Shown here one piece after another: positions 39,102 through 51,004 of a stretch of DNA of 64,000 bases. Below the pieces are notes generated by a model. It worked only from the letters and a program-made list of their open reading frames with translations, ran no database searches and was not told the DNA's origin. Location: positions 6,859,909 to 6,923,908 of the forward strand of contig CM074804.1 of the NCBI GenBank assembly GCA_037447605.1, written 5' to 3'. The translations under genes were made by a program, and so were the position numbers. Position 1 is the stretch's first letter. Every line of letters starts with the position of its first letter. The stretch comes from Zygnema circumcarinatum SAG 698-1b. Taxonomy: Eukaryota; Plantae; Zygnematophyceae.

Positions 39102-42100
39102 ATGACAGCGCCTTTCAGGGCGCGGCGGGCGGCTGGAAGCCTGCGCCGAATAGGACAGCCGAGATTATCGTTTGCGTCCTTCTTCTTTGTTGCTGCTTCC
39201 ATTCTCGCACTCACATTGCTCGGCCATGACTTCCTGTTTCCGGATAGTCGGATGAAGGGAGAAGGTGATTGCCAAAGCTTGGCTCTGGAAACTGGTTTGC
39301 TTCAGCTTTCTTATCATCATTAGTTACCCGTCTATCGCATTAATGTATTGCTAGACCCCTATAGTAAGATCATCGTTTCCCCCATTTCTGAGCTTCCATA
39401 AAGAGGCGCTGATTTGGCATTGGGTGTTTGTTGGTCAGGAAGAGAAAAAGGGCTGCTTGGTCGGAACTCAAAAGAGGACGAATTGGCTTCAGAAGCAGAA
39501 CAGGTGAGATAGACTCATCTCTCTGCACGCAACTCACTGAATCATCTGACTTCCACCTTCGCGGCTCTTGGATCCAGCCTCCAATAGTACCAGAAAGTGG
39601 AACAGGCAGGAGCCCTGATCTTTCTCCAATGTCCATACTGCTATACATTCCTCCATGAGAGACATGCTGGGTCTTTAAAGTTCTGTTGGTGAGCGCTAAT
39701 GACTATCGTTTATAGTATGAACATTGCTTTTAAAACCCTTAGATTCTAGAGTCCAGTCAGCTGCTGTTATTCATCACTTAAGTGGCGTTAAGGCCTTATT
39801 TTGGAAATACGAAAACTAGCACACTTGATTCTGTCATCCATCTCAACTGAAGTTAATTGTAGCTTTGACTTTTACGGAGGGAAGTAGTGCAAGTAACACC
39901 TGCCAGCACATCTTAAGACCACCTGGTTTAGGATGCAAACGATTAGGTTGACGTAGTGTTCAATAACGGGAACTTAATTTACTCTTTCTGGTTACATGCT
40001 GAACATCCATGGCAACATGCTAACTGTTATCGAGATGAACAAAACGAAGGCATTCAGTTCATTTCGAAAACTCAAGGAATCTGCACTGTTGGGGTGCTGG
40101 GCAGGATCTTTTCTCTTCCAAGGACGCTGTCAGCGATTTTGATGAAGCAGGTATAGAATGCACTAGTGGTGGTCAATACGGCGGCAGAGATGGCATTGCT
40201 AGGTTGTGCCTTGTTATTGAGTCTCTCTAATCTTCAATCTTGCATGTGTAAGGATTCGCGATTTTTTGTCATATCAAACGCCATGGCCTTCGCATTGTCT
40301 CAGATAAGTGACACAAATAGTTGTTGTGAAAAAAAATGTTTGATCCGACTTGTGCTATAGCACCCGATGACCATCAAACTCTTAAAATGTGTCGGATGAT
40401 TGGGTATTCCATTAATGACTATGGAACTACTTGCGTTACATGGAGCCCAATTCCACAGAAGCTGATGTACGCAGGATGACCAGCATGGATGGTCAATTGC
40501 ATGCTGAGACAATTCTGTCGTTCTGTTTAGTGACTTCTTCACCTTTTTGGGCAGACGAGAAGGAAGCAGGGAGAAAGTCTGACACTCCTTGCCGTGGTTG
40601 CAGGATCCAATGCAATGAACTTTCCACCACTTGTTCCAGGCAAACTTCAATCCATAGACGAGGGAGGGAAGAATGAAGCGAGTGAAGCAACTGACAATGG
40701 TGAAAGATTGAAGATATTTGAGATGGAAAAGAACCAAGAGAGGAAGAAAGAATATGACCGATGGAGAGTGAAGCAAGACGAAGGCATAGTGGCGAAAGTT
40801 GCAGACCGGCTTTCAGATGCTGGAAGTGAAGGAACGAGCGGGGAAGGAAGAGACCAGAGGCTGGTCAACGACGCCACAGCGAGATCAGGAGAACTTAGTG
40901 GGTTGAACGGAAACAACGAGGGAAATGATGTAGGAAAGGAGTTTAGATTTAATGCTAAAGTGGCAGATGGGATGGAAGGTGACGATGCAGAAGCTTTATC
41001 GAAGGGACAAGAAGAAGATAGTGGGGATAGAAGCGGCATTGAAGCTGAACAGAATGAGGATACAAGTGCGAAGAAGGAAAACGAATTAGATGAGAAAGAA
41101 GATCAAATTGACGAGAATGTGGATGATACTGGGGATGAGAAAGAGAGTGAAATGAAGGGGGAGAAACCCACGGATTTGCCTGGGACTCGAGGGAAAGTAG
41201 TCACAGAAGGGATTCATTCAACGGCAGTTAACGAGAACGGAGATGAGGAAGACGATAAAGCAGAATCTGTTATCGGTGACGATGGGGAGATGGAGACAAG
41301 AGTGCAAGACAGGAAAGCTGAGAGCAACGAAGAAGATGAGGACGAATCTTATGGTGCGAAGGAGGGAGTGGGAGAGGCAGGAAAGGGGAAATCGAATGCA
41401 CAAGGGACTGAAAAGAAAGCAGAAACAGACCAGGAAATTGGAGGAACCAACTTTTCGCTACGTAGAGCTGGGACTACAAGTCACGTCGTTTCTTCCAATG
41501 AAACAACCTCAAGAATGGATCTGGATGACACAAGTGAGCATACCGTTGAAAAGGACACTGGTGTTAAAGATCCCCAGAACGAGATTGAGGAAGAAGAGGA
41601 GAAGGGTGAAATTGGAAATGACAGATTAGACGAGGACAGCGCAGGAGAAGGGACCAGACAGGACAAACTCGAGGAACATGCCGGAAAGGAGGTTGGAGAT
41701 GAGGACGATAGCTCTGACTTATTGCAGCTCGGGAAATTTCTGCCTCTGGGGCAGGAAGGAAAGGGGGACAGTGACATGTTGGTGGAAAGGGCTCAGGAAC
41801 AGTTGGAGATTGCAAGTGGACAAACTGGATCCGAGCTGAGGATGCGAGAGAGGTCGGAGTTGGAAAGGGCAGGGAAGGAGAGAGAGGAGAACCAACGCAG
41901 AGTTACTGAACAAATGTCAGAGAGGGAGGCTGGAACTCAAGGGGGAGGAGACAAGGCTGAGGAGGATGGCTTAGGAAGGCGTTCAGATTTGCAGCAGCAG
42001 CCGGAAAATGATAGGAGTGCTACAGGAGAAGAGAGAAATGGATTGTCCGCAAAGAATGGCATGGGTGAAATGCTGGCTGATGGAGGAAGAGGAACGGGAG

Positions 42101-45100
42101 GATTAGCCAAGAGTCAGGACGATCCAAGCATTCTATCAAATCTGACGAAAAGCAATGAGGACTATACGGCGAAAAGGATTTCAAAAGACCAAAATGAGGG
42201 GCAAGAAGGATCTTTGGAAGGTCAAGTCAGTCAGAGGCAGGGTAGTGGCGAAAACCTTGTGGGAGGGTCAACGTACGACGGAACAGGATTAGAGAAGAGA
42301 GTACGGGCCAAATGGGAAGATATGTGGGCTAAGGACGAAGAATTCGCTGTAGATCGGAACAGGAAAGCGAATGTGCTTGTTGGGAACTTCAGTGCAACAC
42401 ATTTAGAGGGGACACAAGGGGACATGGAGGGGTTGTCGTCTTCCGCAGAAGAGAATGAAGTGGAGCCGGAGCTGTGGAGGGAGGTGGAAGACGTGCATGA
42501 AAAAGCCATGATTGGCGAAGGAGATGAGTCTGATGTTGATTCCAGGCGGGAGAAAGGTGTTTCAAACTCCGGCGACGAGCTACAAAAGCTTGTGAAGGCT
42601 GGACAACAGAGCTCCGTTTTTGAGGTGGAGGAGGAAAAGAGGTTCAAGGTGGAGCAAGAGGGTATGGAGAGGCTTCCTGCGGCAGGACAAGTGAGAAAGG
42701 GAGTGCGAGCGAGCACAGCAGGCTTGGAAGTCCCTCAAAATGTTGGCTTGCGGTCTGAAGCTGAGAGCGTGAATGAGGAGAAATTGACTGGCACTAAATC
42801 TTCTGACTTGGATGGTAGGATCCAGGAAAGGATAGCGAGGCAGTCTGAGTCTAAAGCTGAGGAGATGCACACGGAGAGGATAGGCACCACCGACCCGCTT
42901 TTAAGCTCGGAGGAGGGAGAAGGAAGGCTCAAAGAGATGGGTCAGACAACTACGGAGCCAAAAGCTCCTTCATTTGTTGAAACAGAGAGATTGGCAATTG
43001 AACAAACAAAGGTAGGAGCACTAAGTTTGAACGCTGAAGGTGGAAAAGGGGAAATGGGAGAGGTGGGACATGCAGCACGAGAGGGGCGTATGGGGGCAGA
43101 AGAGCGCCAGGTCCCTATTTCAGTTTCGAATGCGGATCGGGAGGCCAAGGAAAATGCAAGTCAAGCTGGAGATAATGCAGGGAGGCCAGGAGAGAGTGGG
43201 GTCATAGGGAAATTGGAGACATCAAAACAGTCCGATGCAGACGTAGGAGATAGCGCAGAAAGAACGACCTCTTTTGAGGACACTTCCTCCGGTGTACAAA
43301 AAACTGGAAATGCGAAGAATGTCTCGGATCATGAGACAGTACTTGTGCTGAAGGAGGAGGAGGAACTAGACATAGACGGGAAGGAATCGTCTGAGACAGA
43401 CTCTGCTGGCAGTGATACAGAAGCTGGAGATGCAGGAGAGGTGGTTGATGACTCCATCTCTGAAGGGGTAGCCAAAGGGACGTCTCTGTCAGAAGAGACA
43501 GCAGAGGAGACACAATCTTCCACGGCCTTGCGTAGTCAAAATGTTGATGGAAATGAAAGCTCAGGTAATGGAAAACGTACTGTCGGCGTGCTAGAAGGGA
43601 GTGGTAGCGAAACAGGAAAAGATTCATTACAGAGTTTTCAGCTTAAAGGGACTTCTGAAGCCAAGATAGTGGTGGAAGATGAATCACGTGCAAGGCAACT
43701 GCGCGAAAATGCGGGTGTTAAGAAGTCACAGGAAGATGTGGAAGAGGGAGCTGAGACTGATGCAGGCCTTGAGAAAGGAGAGGTGGATGGGGACTCTGTC
43801 TCTGGCAATGGAGGTGTGAATCAAGGAAAGAGCAGGCAAGGTAGCACTGAAGAGCAGCAGACCAGCAGTGAGAGCAAGAAGGCTGAAGAAGGGGATGGAG
43901 CTAAGGAACAGCAGGTGTTGGTATTGGACAAGGAGAGTCTGACAGCAAATGTGATCGATCTTGTCGGAGACCCCATCGACCCTCAACCGATGAAAGATGA
44001 GCTTGTAAAGGAAGTTGATCATCAGGAAGAAGATGTTGGTGGAACAGAGAAGGAGAGGAAGAAGGGGCGAAAGAAGAAGAAACACAACAAGACTAAAGGT
44101 CAGTCTTCAGGTTCCAGTAAACCGTGGGTAACTCGTAGAGGGTGTCCATTAAGGGCTCATAGACCTCCGGAAAGTGGAATATTGGCAGCTTCTGATATGG
44201 TGCCATGAAGTTTTTCACAGTCCACCATGGATTTGTGCATGTATTTCAGATACCTTGGAGTCACGATTCGGGAGGTCTTGAAAGTTCTGTGGTGTACATA
44301 TTGGACGTGTTCTAGGTTTCAAGTTCAATTTCCAAATGAACTAGATTTGAGCAGTTAATCGAGGGCAGAGTTCGAATTCGCAAGCTAGACCTTTGCACAG
44401 ATTTCTCTCGTGCAGACTTACTTGCTTGAGCATTCTCTTCCGAGTCCCATCAGGCCGGACAGCACTGTGTGGTGAGAGAACTTTAAAGCAAACGGAAGAA
44501 ATATGTTTATGGATAAAGACTTGCAAACCTTCGCTCGTTCTGCACACTGTGGTTTGGAAAAGAAAGATTATTTCACGAGCGTGTGTTGTGCTTCAAATGG
44601 TAGCGTGCGAAAATCTTTGATTCATGTGTAGGGGTGGTGCTGGCAGGCTGTGCTGTGGATGTCCTCCCTTCTGCCAAGGGGTTGGAGCTGCATCCCTTCC
44701 TTCCCAAGTTCTTTATGTTCAACTTGCGATATGTGGAGTTCGAGGGGCCCCCTTCAGGCGACCCCTTGTGGCGGCCCCGCTTTGGGGGGCAGCAGACGGT
44801 TGTACAGAGAGAGGCCTCCTTTGTGGCCCAACCGCAGCGGATCCACTGCGGCTTTGTGAATGGGCCGGCGGGGTCGGCAAGCACGGGCTTTACTATCTCC
44901 GAGGAAGATCGCAGCTATATGGACGAGTGCCAGCTTTTGGTCGTCTCGGCGGTGTTTGGAGATTGGGATCATATTCGGAGTCCCTCCAAAACCAAGGTGA
45001 GAAGGGGTAATTTGTAAAACATGAGAGATTCCTTTCGTGACAGTATTAACAAAAGTGGCTTTTACATGCATATGTCCTCTTGGACGGCAACGCGCTGACC

Positions 45101-47534
45101 TGTTTCAGCCTTTGTGGTGCGATTGAGGGGATGGGATGTCACCAAAGAAGTGAAGTGCGATCTTGAAACGACTACTACTTTCAACATTGATGATGTCCCT
45201 TAATGTAGCTATCAGCTGGAGGCACTCTCACTGTCCCTAGTAAAAGTTGCATAATGCTGCACTAGACCTTTTAGGTAGATTTGAATCCAGTGTACTATAT
45301 AGCAGCTTCCCCTGTTTGCGTGTTAACCGTGAAAAATGATTGGTAAAGTGATAATCCTGTTGTCTTGGATGTTGGTCGTGAGAAATTATCCAGGTCTCAA
45401 GCTGGACTCGCAAAAAGGTTTGTTTTGCGATGTTCGTGGATAAACAGACCCTCGATGCGCTGCCCCAAGATGGCATCGTCCTTGATGGTGATAACAAGTA
45501 CGGACTTTGGAAAGTGATTCTCGTGTCCGACATGCCCTTCAGTGACCCGAGGAAGACAGGGAAGATTCCGAAGCTTATTCCGCACCGACTTTTCCCGAAT
45601 GTGAAGTGAGTTCCGAACAGCTTCATCACTTTTCAGTTTCGCTTACTTTTGCCTTTTTGTCTGTATTCATGTCCGGGTTGAAATTCGTATGCTGCGAGTT
45701 GATGCTGAAAATTCACAACCTTGGCCAACGCTTGAAGCGAGGATTCTCGCCATGTTGTTCATCTACGTCAGTATCAGATAAACCCCCGGAATGTATAAGA
45801 GATGAACTGCCTGCCCAAAATGTACAACAGATGATTCTTAAATCTTTTCGAGTGGGAACAGAATGTGAAGAGGTGAAGGTATGGTTGGCCTCTCTAACTT
45901 TTTCCTGTTGTTTCTTTCTTTGGTTCATGAATCTTCGCAGGTACTCTATATGGGTGGACAGTAAACTGAGACTGCAATACGATCCGATGCTGATTTGGGA
46001 AAGATTTTTGTGGCGGGATGGCTACGAATATGCCATCTCTGAGCACTACGACAGAAACTGCGTTTGGCAAGAGGTGAAACCTCCCATCATGGCTCATGTC
46101 CTCCCACCCTTCTCCTCTTCTGCCATGCGGCCTCCCTCTCTTTGCCTTCTCTTGTCTGCTTGCCCGTCTTACTTTTTCGCGGGTTCTGAGACAGGTGGAG
46201 CGCAACAAGCAGCTGAACAAGTACAACCACACAGTCATCGATGAGCAGTTTGCCTTCATGAAGGCGGACGGCTTGAAGCCCTTCGACCCCAACGATCCTA
46301 ATAAACTTCTGCCCAGCAGTAAGAATAAGGGTTTTCCGAAGGGGGGGGGTTTCTGGAAGTGCGTGTTTTGCCTTTCTCGATTGCAAGCTGTCGAGCCATC
46401 AATGCTTTATCGTTGTCGGTGACTATCCCTTTCCTGCAAAAAATGCTGGGGACGAGTTACTGCTGGCTCAGAAAAATGCTTGCGTCCTAATCTTGAACTC
46501 ATTAGTCCTCGATTTCTGAGTCTTTTAGTCGGACATTAGCCCACCTCTCAAGTGAAGTACAAGCAAGTAACTTGCATCCACCCCCATGCCAAAACGACAT
46601 CACATTGTCGTTGTGCATCGTTTAGATCCATCCCCTTTTGAGTTCACTCTTAGAATATTAATAATCGCGTAAGTTGGTCACCCGGGCGCTTGTGTCATTC
46701 ATCCGCTGTCCCAATAGCAGCGCATTCTGAGATGTCTTCATGGAGTTGGGAGCATTGCTGAAAGCTCAATGCCACTGTTCTAGTAGTGTGTGTGAATGCA
46801 TAGGTAAATGAGTGAGCTAGTTAATTGTTAGAACTTTCCTAGTTCTAGATTGTGCCTTCTGGCAATGCCTCCTCTAGTTATTTCATCCATTGCAGGGCCC
46901 TTGTGCGCGTTCAATTTGACACATAACTAAAGCAAAGTCGGTCAAGCTTACAGACCTGGCGGTCGGTCGATGGTGGACATGGCATGGTGCAGATGTGCCG
47001 GAAGGTTCGTTTATAATCCGCGCTCACACGCCTATGGCAAACCTATTTTCCTGCCTCTGGTTCAACGAGGTGGACCGCTTCACTTCACGAGATCAGATCA
47101 GCTTTGCCTACACCTATTTCAAGCTCGCAAGGACCAATCCGCAAAAATTTTACTTGAACATGTTTAAGGTGTGTTGTTCGTGTCCATTCTGAGCTTAACA
47201 TGTTCTAGCCATTGGACCTGGCTATGGTTAAGGATAAGGTGCCGTCGAACATACGAAGCGGGGATTCCACGTCTACTCACGTTCTGTCCATCTTTTCTTT
47301 GTGGTCCTTATAGTCTGTATTGCTTTCTGAATATAACTTCCTTGTGCTGTGGGTTCTTAATTTGACCTTTCTGAACAGGACTGCGAACGGAAGGCGCTGG
47401 TGAAGCTCTTCCGGCACAAAGGCGAGGAGATGATCTATGGGAAGCCGGAGCCCATGCAGACAGAGGAGCAGCGCCTCGAGAACGAGGAGGAGATCCGTAA
47501 ATTGGCAGCCCAAGCAGCCTCCTTCACGGGATGA
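39102..47534 (+). CDS. DUF616 (MUCI70/TOD1-family) type II membrane glycosyltransferase-like protein with a very long acidic stem
   Basis: Exon1 39102-39264 carries the TM segment FFFVAASILALTLLG; exon2 40604-44098 is a low-complexity E/D/G/S/K region. Catalytic-domain exons from 44647 read PRFGGQQT, IHCGFV, VVSAVFGDWD, CFAMFVD, GKIPKLIPHRLFP, YSIWVDSKL, AISEHYDR, VPEGSFIIRAHTPMANLFSCLWFNEVDRFTSRDQISF and DCERK; stop at 47532-47534. Confidence 0.92.
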
Positions 47535-48419
47535 AGAACCTGCCACTGCCCTGGTTTTGCAACATTATTTTTTTTTCTTTTTTTTTTTTAGAGTTCGGAA
47601 GTTTCTGCCCTTTGCTCAAATGTGCCTCGGAATAAAGGTTTTTGTCGCAGATGAGAGGGCCTCCCAAGCAGGGAATGGAGACTTGAAGCGTGAGGCTTCC
47701 GGCAGCAGGCGGCCCTTTAGAGAAAGCGGAGGGAGGACTGCTTCAGTTGAAGATAGAGAAAAGCGTCCCTTTGATAGTACAGTACAAAAATTATTTCGTC
47801 CCCTTAGCCACATAGAGCTCGCCAATGCGACTCCCATGTCATCTCGCCTTTATAGCAGCGATACGGGTCCTTCACCTGCCTGGAGCAGCCACTGTGCCTT
47901 GGTCGTCTTCCTAATGTGAATGTCTCCGGCGGGCCTTCCAACACGTTGCAGTTTTTCCGCTTGGCTGGTTTCCAGTTTGCGCAAGCTCCAAGAAAGTGAA
48001 GGGCTCTTTCAGCTGTGTGCGCTGGACGTCCGTTGGGCACAAACCGCGCATGTCAGTCCATCGGATTGTCGATTATTGGCCAACCATTGCTTGCCAATGG
48101 TTGGCTGTCCCATTGTTTGCAACCATTGGAATACAGGACCGTAGGGGCCACGATATCAGACGAACTTTTCTTGACAGCGTTCTGGGAAAAGTCTGACTTC
48201 TCTCGAACCTGGAGTCAACTCCGAGCGTGCGATTGCGAAGGTCGAATCCATCCGACGGCGATGAGCCTCCGTAGAACCACATCTGCAATTGGGGGGGGGG
48301 GGTCCGACTTCCGACCTGTCACGCTCGTGAGTGAAGTCTGATACCACCTGCTGGCTGGGGCCGATGCCATTGGTTCCAACCATTGCTGGCTGGCTAATCT
48401 CCCAGTTAATGTTTCCAAT

Positions 48420-48998
48420 AGGGCGTGTCAGACTTAACAAAATGTTACGAATATCGAGTTTTTAGTATTACGAGAATCGAGGTTACTAAGTACTAAAAAT
48501 CATCGCACCCCCGAACCTAAACCGAACCGAACGGAAGTCAACTGTACTAAGTCAACGGGTCAACGTTGCGAAGATTGACCCGTGGGGTTTACTGAAATTG
48601 CATTTCTTCGCACGATTTTGTTCGCACCCAAAAGAGGCGCCGAAATGGACGTGCGAAGAAAATACTGGCGAGAATCGCGTCAACGTGACGTCATGGTTGT
48701 TTTCCCGGCTTCCCGCCCGCGCCCGCGCCCGCCCGTGACGCGCAACACGACACAACGACAAGCGGTCTCCGCGCGCCGCGCCGGCGCTGTTTCTAAGTCT
48801 GAGGGCCCCGCGCGAGGGCGAAGTTGCGAAGACGGCGTTTGGAGAAGTGCGAAGACGGCGATCGCGGAGTGCGAACAGGACCGCGCCGCGAGTGCGAAAA
48901 ACTAGGCTCGGGAATTTTAGTTTTACTGACGTTGACTCGAAATGTTACGAATATCGAGTTTTTAGTATTACGAGAATTTTTTAAGTCTGACACGCCCT
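48420..48998. mobile_element. Non-autonomous TIR transposon (MITE 1, 579 bp)
   Basis: TIRs AGGGCGTGTCAGACTTAA / TTAAGTCTGACACGCCCT, flanked by AAT at 48417-48419 and 48999-49001. Confidence 0.88.
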
Positions 48999-49001
48999 AA
49001 T

Positions 49002-49160
49002 AGGGGGTGTCAGACTTAACAAAATCTTACGACAAGCGTTACGAAAAAAAAGGTTACGAAAGTACTCCGCCGCAGGAGGATCGCGATTATACTGGAGTAC
49101 TCGTTCTGATGTCAAACTTACGAACACGCGTACTGAAATTTTTTAAGTCTGACACCCCCT
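49002..49160. mobile_element. Non-autonomous TIR transposon (MITE 2, 159 bp), same family as MITE 1
   Basis: TIRs AGGGGGTGTCAGACTTAA / TTAAGTCTGACACCCCCT, flanked by AAT at 48999-49001 and 49161-49163. Confidence 0.88.
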
Positions 49161-49364
49161 AATGGCAATGGTTGCCAATCATTGGACGCACCCAGTTGCC
49201 AACCCCTGGCAATGGTTGGAACCAGCGCCGACTGCCAGATGTGAACTCGCGTCTCACCAGTCTACGAACGCGGCGTAAACCATCACAACGATAATTATCG
49301 TTATTTATGGAAAGAAGATACCCTATGGAAAAATGTTTTGAAAGAAAAAACTGACAAAAAAAAA

Positions 49365-50292
49365 GGATAGTGATATTTCCACCACTTTTTTGGATCCAAA
49401 CACCCCTTCCCGGCCGGGCAGATTTCAAAAAGGATTAAAAACGGAAAATGCTTTTTTCACACCTTTTTGGAATCGATACCCACCTCCATCGGCAGATTTT
49501 ATTTTTGCGAAACAAGGAAATAACCCGTCACTCCATTTTGAATATCCCGCCTACCTGCATTTTTTTTCACGCGTGCGATCAATCGCAGCCGTCGATTCCC
49601 TCGCAGATCGCAACACGGCAGATCACTATTTGCTCTGCAGCCGGGCTCGGTCACAGCGAATGGCACGAGCCCACGTATCCCGCCAAACGCGACTCAAACG
49701 TTTGTCCGTACAAATTTCGTACGGTCGCAACTTTGAGGAACCCAATATTTCGTACATTGAGAGCTTTGACCAATCAAAATTTTCCACGTCAAAAATTTAA
49801 CACGTGGCAGATTTTGATTGGCTGAGAGCTGACACTGCACGAGATCTCGGGCCGAGGGACGCGCGCACTCGCACGAGCTCGTGGGCGCTTTCCATTCGCT
49901 AAGATCGAGCCCGGCTGCAGATCAAACGTTTGATCTGCAGGGGTGCGATCTGCGAGGGAAATCGACAGATGCGATTGACACGCACGTGTGAAGGACGGAC
50001 ACCCGCGAACGATCTCGTGGCGGACGGATCTTCCGCTCCGAGAAGATTCGGGCAGGCCGATATTTCTTTCCCTCAAAAAAAAAATTCAGGGAGGCGGGAT
50101 ACAGTATTCAAAATGCGGTGACGGAGTATCATTTTCCTTGGTTAGCAAAAATAAAATCAGCCGACGGAAGAAGGTGGGTATCGATTCCAAAAAGGTGTGA
50201 AAAAAGCATTTTCCGTTTTTAATCCCTTTTGAAATCTGCCCGGCCGGGAAGGGGTGTTTGGATCCAAAAAAGGGGTGGAAATATCACTACCC
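49365..50292. mobile_element. Foldback/Mutator-like non-autonomous element with ~300-bp terminal inverted repeats
   Basis: GGATAGTGATATTTCCACC...TTTGGATCCAAACACCCCTTCCCGGCCGGGCAGATTTCAAAA is mirrored at 50227-50292. Inverted homology continues to ~49675 on the left and ~49880 on the right. Both flanks are A runs, consistent with a 9-bp TSD. Confidence 0.82.
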
Positions 50293-51004
50293 AAAAAAAA
50301 AACTGACTCCATTAAGCAATCACGGTCTTCGAACCCTAGTTAGTGGCTGCCAACCATTGGTTGGAATCATTGCCATTGGTCGCCAAATTGATCCACAGAC
50401 GGCCCGCCCGCAGCATGCATGCATGGATCCACCGCCCGTACGGACGGAAGCGTGCGGGCGACAACGGTACGCGACAGGCCGTACGGACGGCCCTCCCCCG
50501 CCCGCCCGCCCTCGGGCCCGCCGCCCGCGCCGGGCAGGGAAGGGGACCCCCCTTGGCGGGGACCCCACGTGGCGCTTTTGCGGGCGGCAGAAATGTCGGT
50601 CTCTTTGTCTCGTAGCGCGTGTCCCGTCCCGTGGCCCGCCACGCTGGCAGCGGCGCCGCGCCGCCGTACCACAGCGGACGCCGCCTGCCCGCATCCGTCC
50701 AAGCCGCCGCCCGGCGCCCCGCCACCTATCTGGCGCCGAGATCGCGCCACCACGTCATCCGCCCGCCGCCCGCCGACGTGGCGAGCGGGGCGCCGTCCCT
50801 CCGCGCGGCGTCACTCGCGCCGTGTCGGCGCACGCGCCCGCCCGCGCTCGGCCAATGCGCGGCCGCCACCTGGGGCGGCGCACGGGAGGGGACGCGGTCA
50901 AAGTACGGGGGGCGGTCAGGGCGGGCGCGTAGCGGAGCGAAGAGGGAGAGGGGAGAGAGAGGGAGAGAGGGAGGGGAAGGGGAAGCTCCGGGAGGGAGGG
51001 CGCC

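Noticed and set aside
40594-44208. Stand-alone 1204-aa acidic protein
   Set aside because: It has splice sites in phase with the upstream TM exon and the downstream DUF616 exons, so it is treated as an internal exon.
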